Assembly: GCA_965204535.1 (NCBI GenBank)
Contig: OZ241996.1
Location: 768,001-832,000 of the forward strand
Source of the DNA: a bacterium
Lineage (GTDB): Bacteria; UBA8248
Reading direction: 5' to 3'
DNA: 64,000 nucleotides
Part shown: piece after piece, positions 1 through 9,676 of the stretch
How the letters are laid out: every line of letters starts with the position of its first letter
Position numbering within the stretch: position 1 is the first letter of the stretch
The notes under the pieces: model-generated
What the model was told of the DNA's origin: nothing
Database searches by the model: none
Seen by the model: the letters and a program-made list of their open reading frames with translations, nothing else
Program-made: the position numbers and the translations under genes

Positions 1-1
1 C

Positions 2-808
2 TGGTTCAAGACGCCCGAAAGCGTTCGCGTCGAGTTCACCGGCGCGCTCGCGCACGGGGTTTTCTCGAAGGACATGGAACTCGTCCTCGCGCGCGAGATG
101 GGCGAGAACGGCGCGAACTACATGGCGGTGGAATACGGAGGCCCTGCACTTGCGGACCTCTCGATGGACGCGCGCTTCACGGTCGCGAACATGTCGGTCG
201 ACATGGGGGCGAAGACGGGGATCATGGAGGTGGACGATAAGGCGCTCGACTGGGCGCGGGCGCACGGGGCGCGGTTCAACACGCCCGTCTCGCCGGACCC
301 GGACGCCGAATACGCCCGGAAAATCCATCTCGACGTCTCCTCGCTCACGCCCGTCGTGGCCGCTCCGCCCGCTACGGGGAACGCGCACCCGATAGAAGAC
401 TACGCGGGCCTGCCCGTCCAGCAGGCGTTCGTGGGCACGTGCACGAACGGACGGCTCGAGGACATCGAAATCGCGGCGAGAATCGTGCGCGGCAAGAAGA
501 TCGCGCCGGGCGTTCGCTTCTACGTCGCGCCCACGAGCAAGAGAATTTACGAGGCCGCCGCCGCGAGCGGGGCCATCGGGGCCTTGGCCGAAGCGGGTGC
601 CGCCGTGCTCACCGCCGCGTGCGGGCCGTGCGCCTCGATGACGGGAAACGGCTGCCTCGCCGACGGGGAACGCGCCATTTCGTCCGCCAACCGCAATTTT
701 CCGGGGAGACTCGGCAGCAAGGAGGCCGAGATATATCTGGGTTCCCCGGCCACGGTGGCGGCGAGCGCGCTGACGGGCCGCATCACCGACCCCAGGGAAT
801 TTCTGTAG
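2..808 (+). CDS. leuC: 3-isopropylmalate dehydratase/homoaconitase-type large subunit (5' truncated by window)
   Basis: Frame open from nt 2 (WFKTPES); GTCTNGR, CGPC and SSANRNFPGRLG aconitase-family motifs. True substrate uncertain. Confidence 0.85.
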   Translation, partial: WFKTPESVRVEFTGALAHGVFSKDMELVLAREMGENGANYMAVEYGGPALADLSMDARFTVANMSVDMGAKTGIMEVDDKALDWARAHGARFNTPVSPDPDAEYARKIHLDVSSLTPVVAAPPATGNAHPIEDYAGLPVQQAFVGTCTNGRLEDIEIAARIVRGKKIAPGVRFYVAPTSKRIYEAAAASGAIGALAEAGAAVLTAACGPCASMTGNGCLADGERAISSANRNFPGRLGSKEAEIYLGSPATVAASALTGRITDPREFL

Positions 809-830
809 GCATGATGAGGGGGATGAAATC

Positions 831-1316
831 GTGGCGATGAAGGGCAAAGTCCACCGCTTCGGGGACGACATCAGCACCGACGTACATCTGTCGGTCAAAT
901 ACCGCCCGCCGGGCACGACGCTCGAAGAACTCAAGCGCGACGCCTTCAGGGAACTGGACCCCGGTTTCTCGAAGAACGTGCAGCCCGGCGACGTGGTGGC
1001 GGCGGGGGAGAACTTCGGGCTCGTCAGCAGCCGTCAGGATGCCGCCGTGGTGCTCAGGGAACTCGGCGTGAGCTGCGTGCTCGCCAGGAGTTTCGGGCAC
1101 ATGTTCTACCGGAACGCGATCAACTCAGGGCTCCCCGTCATCGCGTGCGATACCGACGCGATAAGAGCGGGCGATGAGATAGGGGTCGACCCGGTGAAGG
1201 GCGAGGCCCGCGTAGGCGATGAGACGATCACCTTCGCTCCGTTTCCCGACGGCCTCTGGGCGATGATCGAGGCGGGCGGCCTCATTCCGTATTTACAGGA
1301 GAAGGGCGATTTTTAG
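831..1316 (+). CDS. leuD: Aconitase-family hydro-lyase small subunit
   Basis: GDDISTD, AGENFG..SSR, ARSFGHMFYRNAINSGLP, AGGL; follows the large subunit. Confidence 0.85.
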   Translation: MAMKGKVHRFGDDISTDVHLSVKYRPPGTTLEELKRDAFRELDPGFSKNVQPGDVVAAGENFGLVSSRQDAAVVLRELGVSCVLARSFGHMFYRNAINSGLPVIACDTDAIRAGDEIGVDPVKGEARVGDETITFAPFPDGLWAMIEAGGLIPYLQEKGDF

Positions 1317-1490
1317 GACGCAGTGAGCCCCCGGCCTGGGCGTATGTTTTTTTGCATATTATTTTTGTAATTTATTCGTTTTATGCTATGCTTCTTTACG
1401 ACCTCCACGAGAAATGAGGACCCACCCGGGACGGGACGAGTTGATGGCGTCTCGTATGTTGATTTATTCTCAGGCGTGGGAGAGTGGGAA

Positions 1491-1964
1491 ATGACGGAAT
1501 TCCAGCAGGCGACCTTGCTCGTGGGATGGGTTCAGGCCGGCGTGGCCCTGTTCGTGGGCATGGTGCAATCGGGCTTGTTCTTTTACGGCATCAACCGGAT
1601 GAGCGACGCCTCCGAGAGGCGCGCCCGGCAGACGGACAGGCAGATAGACGCCATGATGAAGCAGATCGAGGTCATGGCGGACGCCTTTGCCAAGCAGCAC
1701 GAAGAGTCCATGAATCGCACGGACGCGCTGACGAGGCTGCAGGAAGAATCCATGAAGCGGACGGAGATCATGGCGGAAAGCATGGCCAGGCAGCACGAAG
1801 AATCCATGAGACGAACGGATATTCTGGCGGATACCATCAGCAAGCAGCTTGAAGAGTCCACGAAACGAACGGAAGTGTTGCTCAAGCAAAGCGAAATCAC
1901 GATGAAGCAAAGCGAGACGGCGATGCTGGCCTTGCGCCGTCTGCTTGAGAGAACCGCCGACTGA
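1491..1964 (+). CDS. Hypothetical membrane-anchored protein with internal QHEESMxRT repeats
   Basis: ATG after GGAG; N-terminal hydrophobic helix; four EES(M/T)xRT(D/E) repeats. Confidence 0.7.
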   Translation: MTEFQQATLLVGWVQAGVALFVGMVQSGLFFYGINRMSDASERRARQTDRQIDAMMKQIEVMADAFAKQHEESMNRTDALTRLQEESMKRTEIMAESMARQHEESMRRTDILADTISKQLEESTKRTEVLLKQSEITMKQSETAMLALRRLLERTAD

Positions 1965-1993
1965 CGCCAGGCAACAGGCCTTCTACCCGATAA

Positions 1994-2470
1994 TCAAGAA
2001 AAGGTCTCCCCCAGAACGCCCTCCAGCACCTCCATCGGCAGGTCGAAATCGCGGTATCCCTGCCGGAGCGTTTCGACGTAGTGCGCCGCCGGGCGCGCCG
2101 TTCTTATGGGATGTCGCATGATGTAGAGCATGGCCCGGATGGGGCCTTCCGCCGTGACGATCTCCACATCCTTCCGGTCGTAGAGCGCCGGGTAGTCCTC
2201 GAAGTGATCCAGCGCGGGCAGGTCGTCGGCGTGGAGGCGAAACAGCGCGCCCGGCACCTGTGCGCCCGCTTCGGGCGTCACGGTCGCCCAGCCGGGCTGG
2301 TTCCCTTGCGCCGTGGTGGGCAGGGCGATGGTGAGGCGGTAGCCTTCCAGGCGCGCGGGACATACGGGCTCGCTCCTGGGGCAGAGGGATTTCATTTGCG
2401 CGACGTGCAGGTTCGCCCCGTAGGCGAAGTAGTCGGACTCAGGCGTAGCCGAGGTTGTCGTCCTCCTCAT
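1994..2470 (-). CDS. Gamma-glutamylcyclotransferase family protein
   Basis: YFAYGANL, LDHFE, Y...GY motifs; start uncertain. Confidence 0.8.
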   Translation of the reverse strand: MRRTTTSATPESDYFAYGANLHVAQMKSLCPRSEPVCPARLEGYRLTIALPTTAQGNQPGWATVTPEAGAQVPGALFRLHADDLPALDHFEDYPALYDRKDVEIVTAEGPIRAMLYIMRHPIRTARPAAHYVETLRQGYRDFDLPMEVLEGVLGETFS

Positions 2471-2834
2471 CGCCCTCCCAGTCGAGGTCGATGACCGGCG
2501 GATCGTCGCCGTCGTTCGGGAAGGCGAGCAGGAGCCTGGCCTTCTCCTCTCCAATCTGGGCTGCGCTGTGGATGGCTTCTTCCCGGATGGTGATCACCTC
2601 GCCCTGCTGAACGAGGACGAGCTCTTCTTCCACGTTGAACTGCATCTGTCCCTCGATGACGATCACGGCTTCTTCTTCATCGTGCGTGTGGTAGGGCACG
2701 AAGGCTCCCGCGGGCTGCTCGACTTCGAATACACGGTAGTCGCGCTCGGCCAGAGCGGAGATGATCTCCTCCTGCTCGGGTTCGCATTGGTACGCTGTGG
2801 CGACGTCTTCTAAGCGGTAGGCCGGCTTCTTCAT
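2439..2834 (-). CDS. Cupin domain protein
   Basis: HTHDEEE...VIEG and G..I.I....IHS cupin motifs; GGAGG RBS. Confidence 0.85.
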   Translation of the reverse strand: MKKPAYRLEDVATAYQCEPEQEEIISALAERDYRVFEVEQPAGAFVPYHTHDEEEAVIVIEGQMQFNVEEELVLVQQGEVITIREEAIHSAAQIGEEKARLLLAFPNDGDDPPVIDLDWEGDEEDDNLGYA

Positions 2835-2853
2835 TTGGAGACCTCCTTCTTGC

Positions 2854-3303
2854 CTAAGTGCCCAGGAGTTTCCGGACCGCCTGGGAAATCCGGGCGCCCG
2901 CAGCGCGCCCGGCCAGTTCTCGTGACAAAATTCCCATTACCTTGCCCATGTCTTTCATCGAGGAGGCCCCGGTTTCCTCGATGACCGCCCGGGCGGCGGC
3001 TTCGATTTCCGCATCTTCCATCTGCGCGGGGAGATAGCCTTCGATGATCCGGATCTCATCGCGTTCCTTCTGGGCCATATCCTCGCGGCCGGCGGCTGCG
3101 TACTGCTCGGCGGCTTCCTCTCGTTTCTTTACCATACTTTGGAGCAGTTTGAGAATATCTTTTTGTGATGTTTCTTCAACGCCTTCCTTGTCCTTGTTCA
3201 AAATCTCGGCGCGCACCATCCTGATGGTGGAGAGCCTGAGCGTCTCCTTGGCGCGCATGGCGGCCTTCATGTCTTCGGTGAGGGCATCCCGGATACTGGA
3301 CAA
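2854..3303 (-). CDS. GatB/YqeY domain protein
   Basis: MKAAMRAKE..RLSTIRM, YLPAQM, KDMGKVMG; TTG start after AGGAG. Confidence 0.9.
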   Translation of the reverse strand: MSSIRDALTEDMKAAMRAKETLRLSTIRMVRAEILNKDKEGVEETSQKDILKLLQSMVKKREEAAEQYAAAGREDMAQKERDEIRIIEGYLPAQMEDAEIEAAARAVIEETGASSMKDMGKVMGILSRELAGRAAGARISQAVRKLLGT

Positions 3304-3314
3304 CGTGTATTCTC

Positions 3315-3707
3315 CTATCCCTGCGTCGTCTTGCGGGGCCTTGTCTTCTCGCGGTGGAGACACCACAAAACGGCGGCCCCGCCCCCCGCTGCGTCCGCCG
3401 CCAGGTCTCCCCACGTCGCGTTCCGGTGGGGGAGAAACAGCTGGTGCAACTCGTCGCCCAGGCCGTTCAGGACGGTGAGGAGCAAGACGAAAGCGGCGGT
3501 CTTCCCCTCGGCCCAGCGGGGGAGCGTTTCCCGCCAGGGCCGCCAGAGCAGCCAGGCGAGGAGTCCAAACTCGCAGAGGTGCACGATTTTGTCCACCCCG
3601 AACGGCATGGGCGAGGAGGGATTCCGCCCGCCCGTCGCCGTCCAGACGTGAATCCCCGCCATATAGGCGAGTGCGAACGCCCAGCGCAGGGTGGTTTTTC
3701 CGCTCAC
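3315..3707 (-). CDS. VanZ family membrane protein
   Basis: DKIVH..EF and DELHQLFLPHR...WGDL.AD motifs. Confidence 0.85.
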   Translation of the reverse strand: MSGKTTLRWAFALAYMAGIHVWTATGGRNPSSPMPFGVDKIVHLCEFGLLAWLLWRPWRETLPRWAEGKTAAFVLLLTVLNGLGDELHQLFLPHRNATWGDLAADAAGGGAAVLWCLHREKTRPRKTTQG

Positions 3708-3719
3708 CGCCTCGTTCCC

Positions 3720-4115
3720 TTATCCGGGCAGGGGGACGATCGCCTCGACCTCGACCAGAAAACCGGGTTCGGCCAGACTGGAGATCACCAGAAACGTGCT
3801 CACCGGCGGATTATCGGGAAAGAACTCGGCCCGCACCTTGCCGACGGCGGCCCTGTAGTCGAGACTCGTCACGAACACCTGGATCTTGGCCGTATCCGCC
3901 ATGCGCCCGCCCGCCGCCTCGACCACCCTCTGGATGTTCCGGTAGCACTGGCGCGCCTGTCCCTCCGGGTCGCCCGGGCAGACGAGGTTGCCGTCCTCAT
4001 CGAGCGGCGTCTGGCCCGCCACGTAGAGTGTGCGCCCGCCCTCGGCGATGACCCCGTGCGAGAAATGCCCGGCCGGTGCGGCCAGCGAATCGGGCGTTAC
4101 CGTTTCGCGCTTCAC
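3720..4115 (-). CDS. RidA/YjgF family protein
   Basis: LYVAGQ, QARQCYRNI, P.ST, LVEVEAI; GTG start after GAGGAGG. Confidence 0.9.
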   Translation of the reverse strand: MKRETVTPDSLAAPAGHFSHGVIAEGGRTLYVAGQTPLDEDGNLVCPGDPEGQARQCYRNIQRVVEAAGGRMADTAKIQVFVTSLDYRAAVGKVRAEFFPDNPPVSTFLVISSLAEPGFLVEVEAIVPLPG

Positions 4116-4144
4116 CTTCTTTCCTCCTCGAACGCTCGCGCGCC

Positions 4145-5473
4145 TCAAAAGGCGAGTTTCGCCTCGCTCAGATTTCCCACCACGGCGAGGGTGGATTGGT
4201 CGAGCCGGATGTGTTTTCTCGCCGCCGCGAGGATTTGTTCTTTCGTGACGGCGCGGATTTTTTTCAGGTATTCATCCGCATATCCCGGCGAGAAGCCCAG
4301 AAGCTCCACCGCGAGGATGTAGTTTGCGATGCGGCCCGACGAGCCGAAGCGTGTGGCGAAGTTCCCGGTGATGAAATCCTTGGCGTCTTGAAGTTCCTCC
4401 TCGCTCACCCCTTTTTCCTGGATGCGCTCCACCTCCCCGATCGCTTCCCGGATGGCCTCGTTCGCCGTCTTGTTCTTCGTCTGGAGCATGAGCCGCCAGT
4501 GGCCGGCAAAGCGGCCTGCGGCGAAATAGCTGTAGACACTATAGACGAGGCCCTTGTCCTCTCTCAGGTTGTCCATGATCCTGCTGGAAAACCCGCCGCC
4601 GCCCAGGATGTAGTTCATCACGCGCGCGGCGTAGAAATCCGGATGCGTGCGCTTGAGCGAGCGGTTGCCAAGAATCACCGTGGCCTGGGAGAGGGGGCGG
4701 TCGATCTTGACCACCTGCATCTTTTTCGGAATCGCAGGGGGCGTCGATTCGGGAATTTCACCTCCCTCCGTCCGCCAGCCCTGGAAGCGGGCCAGAACGA
4801 GTTCTCGGGCGCGCTTGAGCGATACGTCGCCCACGAAGACGAAGATCGTTCCCTTCATGCCGTACCATTTTTTGTGGAAGCGGACGAGGTCTTCTCTGCC
4901 GAGTTTCTTGATCGACGCCTCCGCCCCCTCGACCAGGCGGCCGTAGGGTGTTTCGCCGAAAAGACTCTTCCGGAGCGCCTTGTTCGCGAGATGGCCGGGA
5001 CGCTCGCGCTGTCTGCGCAGGCCGCCCACGATGCGCCTTTTCGTCTTCCCGATCTCCTCCGCCGGGAAGACGGGGTTTCTGAGTACGTCGCTCAGCAGGG
5101 AGAGGCCCTCTTCCATATCCCGCGTGAGCACGCGCATGGAGGCTTCTGCGCGCGCGCGGCCTGCCTCCATGCCCACGCCGCCGCCCAAGGCATCGTTCAA
5201 CTTCTCGACCTCCGAAGCGCTTCTCGTTTTCGTTCCCCGGGTGAGCAGGGCGGCGGTCAGGTTCGCGAGTCCCGCCTGTTCGGGCGCCTCGTGGCGCGCG
5301 CCCGCTGGAATCGAGATGGCGATGCGCACCATGGGCAGTTGCCTGCTTTGCTTGACGAGCAATACGCCGCCGCCCGGCAGTTCTTCGCGCTCGTAGGTGA
5401 TGACGTCCGCCCATGCCAGGGCGGGCAGAAGAAATGCAGCGGCCAGTGTCCAGAGAATGCGGTGGGGCCTCAT
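4145..5473 (-). CDS. M16 (pitrilysin) peptidase, non-catalytic subunit
   Basis: Signal peptide; GLANLTA replaces HxxEH; ILGGGGFSSR..LRE.KGLVYS. Confidence 0.9.
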   Translation of the reverse strand: MRPHRILWTLAAAFLLPALAWADVITYEREELPGGGVLLVKQSRQLPMVRIAISIPAGARHEAPEQAGLANLTAALLTRGTKTRSASEVEKLNDALGGGVGMEAGRARAEASMRVLTRDMEEGLSLLSDVLRNPVFPAEEIGKTKRRIVGGLRRQRERPGHLANKALRKSLFGETPYGRLVEGAEASIKKLGREDLVRFHKKWYGMKGTIFVFVGDVSLKRARELVLARFQGWRTEGGEIPESTPPAIPKKMQVVKIDRPLSQATVILGNRSLKRTHPDFYAARVMNYILGGGGFSSRIMDNLREDKGLVYSVYSYFAAGRFAGHWRLMLQTKNKTANEAIREAIGEVERIQEKGVSEEELQDAKDFITGNFATRFGSSGRIANYILAVELLGFSPGYADEYLKKIRAVTKEQILAAARKHIRLDQSTLAVVGNLSEAKLAF

Positions 5474-5474
5474 G

Positions 5475-6872
5475 CTAGCGTCCTCCCCGGCTTTTGGCGG
5501 TGTTCGCGCGGCGGCTTTTCTTTGTCGGTATGAGTTCGGCGGTGGTCTTGTTCTTGTGGCGCAGGTATTTCCTGGCGACGCGGACCACGTCGGCGGGCGT
5601 CACCTTCCTGAGGGTGGGCAGGTAGCCTTCGAGCAGCCGCCAGTCGCCCGCGATGGCCGCCGAGCCGAGGAGCCTCGCCCGGTAGTAGTGCGAGTCCATG
5701 GCGAAAACCGTGTTCGCCTCGATGTTCCTGAGCGCGCGGCGGAACTCTTCGTCCGTAACGCCTTTTTCGATGAGTTTTTCCACCTCCTCGAGCAGGGCTT
5801 TCTCCGCATCGGCAGCCTTTTTACCGGGCGCCACCCGCGCGTAGAGATAGAAGATCATCGGGTCCACCGAGATGTAGGTGTAATCGGAACCCGCGCCGAG
5901 CGCGAGAGTGTCCTTGCGCACGAGCCTCTGGTGGAGCCGCGAGGTTTCTCCACCACCCAGGATGGCTTCGAGCATCACGAGGGCGGGCGCGTCCTCGCTC
6001 TTCCAGTTGGGGGCGTGATAGCCGATAGCAACATAGGGGAGCTGGGCGTCCGCGCGAACGTACACCCTGCGCTCCGACTTCTGGGGGAACTCGGCGAGCG
6101 CGGGCCTTTTCCGGAAGGTGGGGGATTTGGGGATTTTACCGAAGTGTTTTTCGAGCAGCGCGATGGCTTCATCGACCTTGAAATCGCCCACCAGGACGGC
6201 TGTGGCGTTCTCAGGGCTGTAGTAGCGCCTGTAGAACGCTTCCATGTCCTTGATGGTGATGGCGTCTATATCTTCGGGCCAGCCGATGATCGGGTTCTTG
6301 TAGGGGTGGTTCGTGTAGGCGACGGCCTGGAATTGTTCCCAGAACTTGCCCACCGGCCTGTCATATCGGGTGCGTCTTTCCTCGTGCACCACGTTCTTTT
6401 CCGCGTCGAAGGCCGCCTTTTCGAGCACCATGTTCACCATCCGGTCGGCCTCGAGTTCGATAATCAGTTCGAGCCTGTCCGAGGCGATGCGCTCGTAGTA
6501 CGCGGTGTAGTCGAAGCCCGTGAATGCGTTGTGGGAGCCGCCGTTTTTCTTGATGGTCTCGCTGAATTTCCTGGGGCCGTATTTCTTGGTGCCGCGAAAC
6601 ATCATGTGCTCGAGATAGTGAGCGATGCCCGTGAGGCCGGGCTGCTCGTCGCGGCTGCCGACGGCGTACCAGATCTTCATGACCACCATGGGCGCGCTGT
6701 GGTCGGGCAGCAGCAGGGCGCGCATCCCGTTCTTCATCCTGTGCTCGGTCACCTTCCAGGGAACGCGCAGGGGAGCCCCGGTTTTGGCTCGTGCTCCGGG
6801 GGGCGGCGCGGCCAATAGAAGGAGGAGGCAGGCGACGGCCATGAGTGCGCGCAGTCTGTATGTTTTCCGCAT
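5475..6872 (-). CDS. M16 (pitrilysin) zinc peptidase, catalytic subunit
   Basis: GIAHYLEHMMFRG (HxxEH), NAFT, EERR, HPY..PIIG; signal peptide. Confidence 0.92.
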   Translation of the reverse strand: MRKTYRLRALMAVACLLLLLAAPPPGARAKTGAPLRVPWKVTEHRMKNGMRALLLPDHSAPMVVMKIWYAVGSRDEQPGLTGIAHYLEHMMFRGTKKYGPRKFSETIKKNGGSHNAFTGFDYTAYYERIASDRLELIIELEADRMVNMVLEKAAFDAEKNVVHEERRTRYDRPVGKFWEQFQAVAYTNHPYKNPIIGWPEDIDAITIKDMEAFYRRYYSPENATAVLVGDFKVDEAIALLEKHFGKIPKSPTFRKRPALAEFPQKSERRVYVRADAQLPYVAIGYHAPNWKSEDAPALVMLEAILGGGETSRLHQRLVRKDTLALGAGSDYTYISVDPMIFYLYARVAPGKKAADAEKALLEEVEKLIEKGVTDEEFRRALRNIEANTVFAMDSHYYRARLLGSAAIAGDWRLLEGYLPTLRKVTPADVVRVARKYLRHKNKTTAELIPTKKSRRANTAKSRGGR

Positions 6873-6946
6873 GAATCCATCCTCGTGGCGGCGGCTTGTT
6901 ATGAACGATCCGGGGGTGAGACCCGGCGATAAGGCGACGACCCACT

Positions 6947-7960
6947 CTAGTCCTTGATGCCCGCTTTTTCCAGCACCTCGGGGTTCAGAAGGCCGGCAGG
7001 GCGTCTACCGGCGATGACGTCGAGTGCGGCATCGACGGCGAACTCGAGCGACTGCTCGCACGCATCCTCGCCCAGGCCCGCGATGTGCGGGGTAAGGACG
7101 ACGTTGTCGAGCGAGAAGATGCGGTGGCGGTGGTCCGCAGGCTCGTTCGGGAAAACGTCGAGTGCAGCGCCTTGGATGATCCCGTGCTCCAAGGCCGTGG
7201 CCGCGGCGTCGAGATCCACTACCGGGCCGCGCGAGGTGTTGATGAGATAGGCGCCCGGCTTCATCGAGGAGAGGAATCTCTCGTCCACCATGCCGCGCGT
7301 CGAATCGTTCAGGGGCACGTGGCAGGTGATGAAATCGGCCCGGCGCGTCACCTCCTCGCGGGGTTCAAAGAAAACGCCCACCTCGGCGGCGAATCGCTCG
7401 TCGCGCACGATGTCATGGGCGATGACCTCCATGCCGAAGGCTACGGCGCGCCTCGCCACGCGCTTGCCGATGTTGCCGAGCCCGATGATCCCCAGCGTCT
7501 TGCCCCGGAGCGGCGATATGGGGACTCTTAAGTCCGCCCACTCGCCCGCGCGCATTTTTTTGTCGGAAAGAGCGATATTCCGCGCGATGCACAGCATGAG
7601 GCCTATCGCGTGCTCGGCCACGGAATCGGAATTCTGTCCCGGCGCGTTCGTGACGACCACCCCGTGGCGCGTGGCGGCGTCGAGATCGACGGAGTTGAAG
7701 CCCACCCCCGTTCTGGCGATGTGCTTCAAGTGCGTCGCCGCCGCCAGGGTGCGCTCGTTGTAGGGGTCGTTGCTCGGGAAGGTGACGACCACGTCGGGAA
7801 GGGCGGCGATGAGTTCATCTTCGGTCTTGTCCACCCCGTTCGATTCGATTCTGACTTCGAGACCCGCCTCGGTTTCGAGCCGTTTGAAGTGGCGCATCGG
7901 GTCTTCAAGCCCGCTCAGCCAACTGGTGGTGACCCAGGCGATTCCTTTCGACATGCTCAT
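6947..7960 (-). CDS. D-isomer-specific 2-hydroxyacid dehydrogenase (SerA-like)
   Basis: GIIGLGNIG, INTSRG, ALDVF..EP, TPHIAG. Confidence 0.9.
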   Translation of the reverse strand: MSMSKGIAWVTTSWLSGLEDPMRHFKRLETEAGLEVRIESNGVDKTEDELIAALPDVVVTFPSNDPYNERTLAAATHLKHIARTGVGFNSVDLDAATRHGVVVTNAPGQNSDSVAEHAIGLMLCIARNIALSDKKMRAGEWADLRVPISPLRGKTLGIIGLGNIGKRVARRAVAFGMEVIAHDIVRDERFAAEVGVFFEPREEVTRRADFITCHVPLNDSTRGMVDERFLSSMKPGAYLINTSRGPVVDLDAAATALEHGIIQGAALDVFPNEPADHRHRIFSLDNVVLTPHIAGLGEDACEQSLEFAVDAALDVIAGRRPAGLLNPEVLEKAGIKD

Positions 7961-8000
7961 CCTCTCGTCGGCGGTTCGGTTCGAATATCCGGGGGTTTTG

Positions 8001-8690
8001 CTAGAAAACCTCGTCTTCGGGGTTGTGCACCTCGCCCATGCGCTTGAGCGTTGGAAGCGGCAGCCCCTCGTAAAGCTTGCCCAGCTCCACGTTCGTCTCG
8101 GCGAGCGCCATCTGGTAGAGGCTGTTGCCGCGGGCGTCGCATTCCACGAGAAAGGGGCCGAAGTTCTTCACCTCGAACACCCACATCGCCTGGGCGATGC
8201 CGAGTTCGTCGAGCCAGTAGACGTCCTTGACGCCGGTGATGCCGCGACCGTACTGCGCGCCGATGCCGTAGCCCACCGTGTTCAGGAACACCGCGCCCAG
8301 CCGCTTGAAGTGTTTCTCATAAAATTCCTGCGCCATGCCACCCTTGCCGATGACGCAGCGCACCCCGTGCCCGTCCAACAGGAGGGGCAGGTGTTTCTCG
8401 AATCGAAAGCTCGCCGTGGCCGTCACGGCGGCCACCTCCCACTCGCCCGATTCGTTTTTCCCCACGGCGGGCGAGCAGTGGAACGTCACGTTCGTGAGCG
8501 AGGCGATGTCCACCGGCGGGGGCGCTTTTTCGTCGAAGAGCTTCTTATAGAGGCCGATCCTGCCGGTGAAGACGAGGCCGTCGAAATAGACGACGTCGCC
8601 GAGTTCGAGTTTCGCCAGGTCCTCCGGCGTGGTCGGCGTGGTCAGGTGGTGTTCCTTCATCTCCAGGTCTGCGGTGCCGCTCATATCCAA
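8001..8690 (-). CDS. Class I fumarate hydratase/tartrate dehydratase beta subunit
   Basis: L.LGDVV..G..FTGR, HCSP, TAS.R, IGKGG, GP.LV.CD.RGNSL. Confidence 0.88.
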   Translation of the reverse strand: MDMSGTADLEMKEHHLTTPTTPEDLAKLELGDVVYFDGLVFTGRIGLYKKLFDEKAPPPVDIASLTNVTFHCSPAVGKNESGEWEVAAVTATASFRFEKHLPLLLDGHGVRCVIGKGGMAQEFYEKHFKRLGAVFLNTVGYGIGAQYGRGITGVKDVYWLDELGIAQAMWVFEVKNFGPFLVECDARGNSLYQMALAETNVELGKLYEGLPLPTLKRMGEVHNPEDEVF

Positions 8691-8706
8691 AAGTCTCCCA
8701 AGCCGC

Positions 8707-9657
8707 TCAGGCGACGCCGTCGCGGCGGTAGTAGTCGGTGAACCAGAGGGGGTTTTCGCGGTATTCCACCTGACCGTCGGGGTGGATGCGCGCGGTGGCG
8801 CGCCGGAGCGCGAAGCACTGGTGGTGGATCGAGATGGGCATCCCGCCCGTGTGGGTGTAGGCCACCTCGATGTGGGTGTCCATCACCGCGCCCTCGCCCT
8901 TGAAGCCCATGGGGCCGAGGCTGGTTCTTTTGCCTAAGTCGTTCAAGTCTTCTTCCAGTTTCGCGATCTGGGGGTCCGGGTTCCTGTCCCCCACCACGCG
9001 GAGGCACGCCGCCTCCTTGGCGAGGCGCACGCAGGTGTCCTTCGTGCCGCCGATGCCGATGCCCACGATGGCGGGCTGGCACGAGAGGCCGCGCTTGAAG
9101 AACTCGCTGATCACGTCGAGAAAGAAGCGCTTGATGCCGTCGATGCCGTCGGTGGGGAAGAGCATCCGGTAATCCCCGCCGAAGAGGCCCCCCTTGTGGA
9201 AGCTCGTGAGCTCTATCCAGTCGACGTCCGGCTCCCAGGAATAATCCACCGTGGGGGCGTGGATACCGACGTTGTTGTTGTAGTCGTGCCGGGTGATGGG
9301 GTGCACGCGGTTGGGGCGCAGGGGCACGCGCTCGGTGGCGTCCGCCGTTCCCTGGCGGACCGATCGCTCCAGCGCCACGAAGCCGCCCTCTATGGCCGCG
9401 TCGTTCCCGATCTTCGCGTAGAAGCGCGGAAGCCCCGTGTCGGCGCACATGGGGCGCTGCTCGTCCACGGCGACCTTGTAGTTGTTGACGATTTCCAGCA
9501 AGACGAACTTCGAGAGCTTCTGTGTCTCGCGCTCGGCCATGTCGGCGATGGAATCGCCCACGTCCTTGGGGATTCCGATGGCGGCGCGGCGGTTGAGCTC
9601 GAAGGCCACTTCCCGGATGAGTTCGCTGCTGATGGCGTGCGTTTCGACGGTCGGCAT
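8707..9657 (-). CDS. Class I fumarate hydratase/tartrate dehydratase alpha subunit
   Basis: PMCADTG, LRPN, CQP..VGIGIGG, GPMGF.G, C...RR Fe-S motifs. Confidence 0.88.
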   Translation of the reverse strand: MPTVETHAISSELIREVAFELNRRAAIGIPKDVGDSIADMAERETQKLSKFVLLEIVNNYKVAVDEQRPMCADTGLPRFYAKIGNDAAIEGGFVALERSVRQGTADATERVPLRPNRVHPITRHDYNNNVGIHAPTVDYSWEPDVDWIELTSFHKGGLFGGDYRMLFPTDGIDGIKRFFLDVISEFFKRGLSCQPAIVGIGIGGTKDTCVRLAKEAACLRVVGDRNPDPQIAKLEEDLNDLGKRTSLGPMGFKGEGAVMDTHIEVAYTHTGGMPISIHHQCFALRRATARIHPDGQVEYRENPLWFTDYYRRDGVA

Positions 9658-9676
9658 ATCGTTATCCTCCCCGCTC

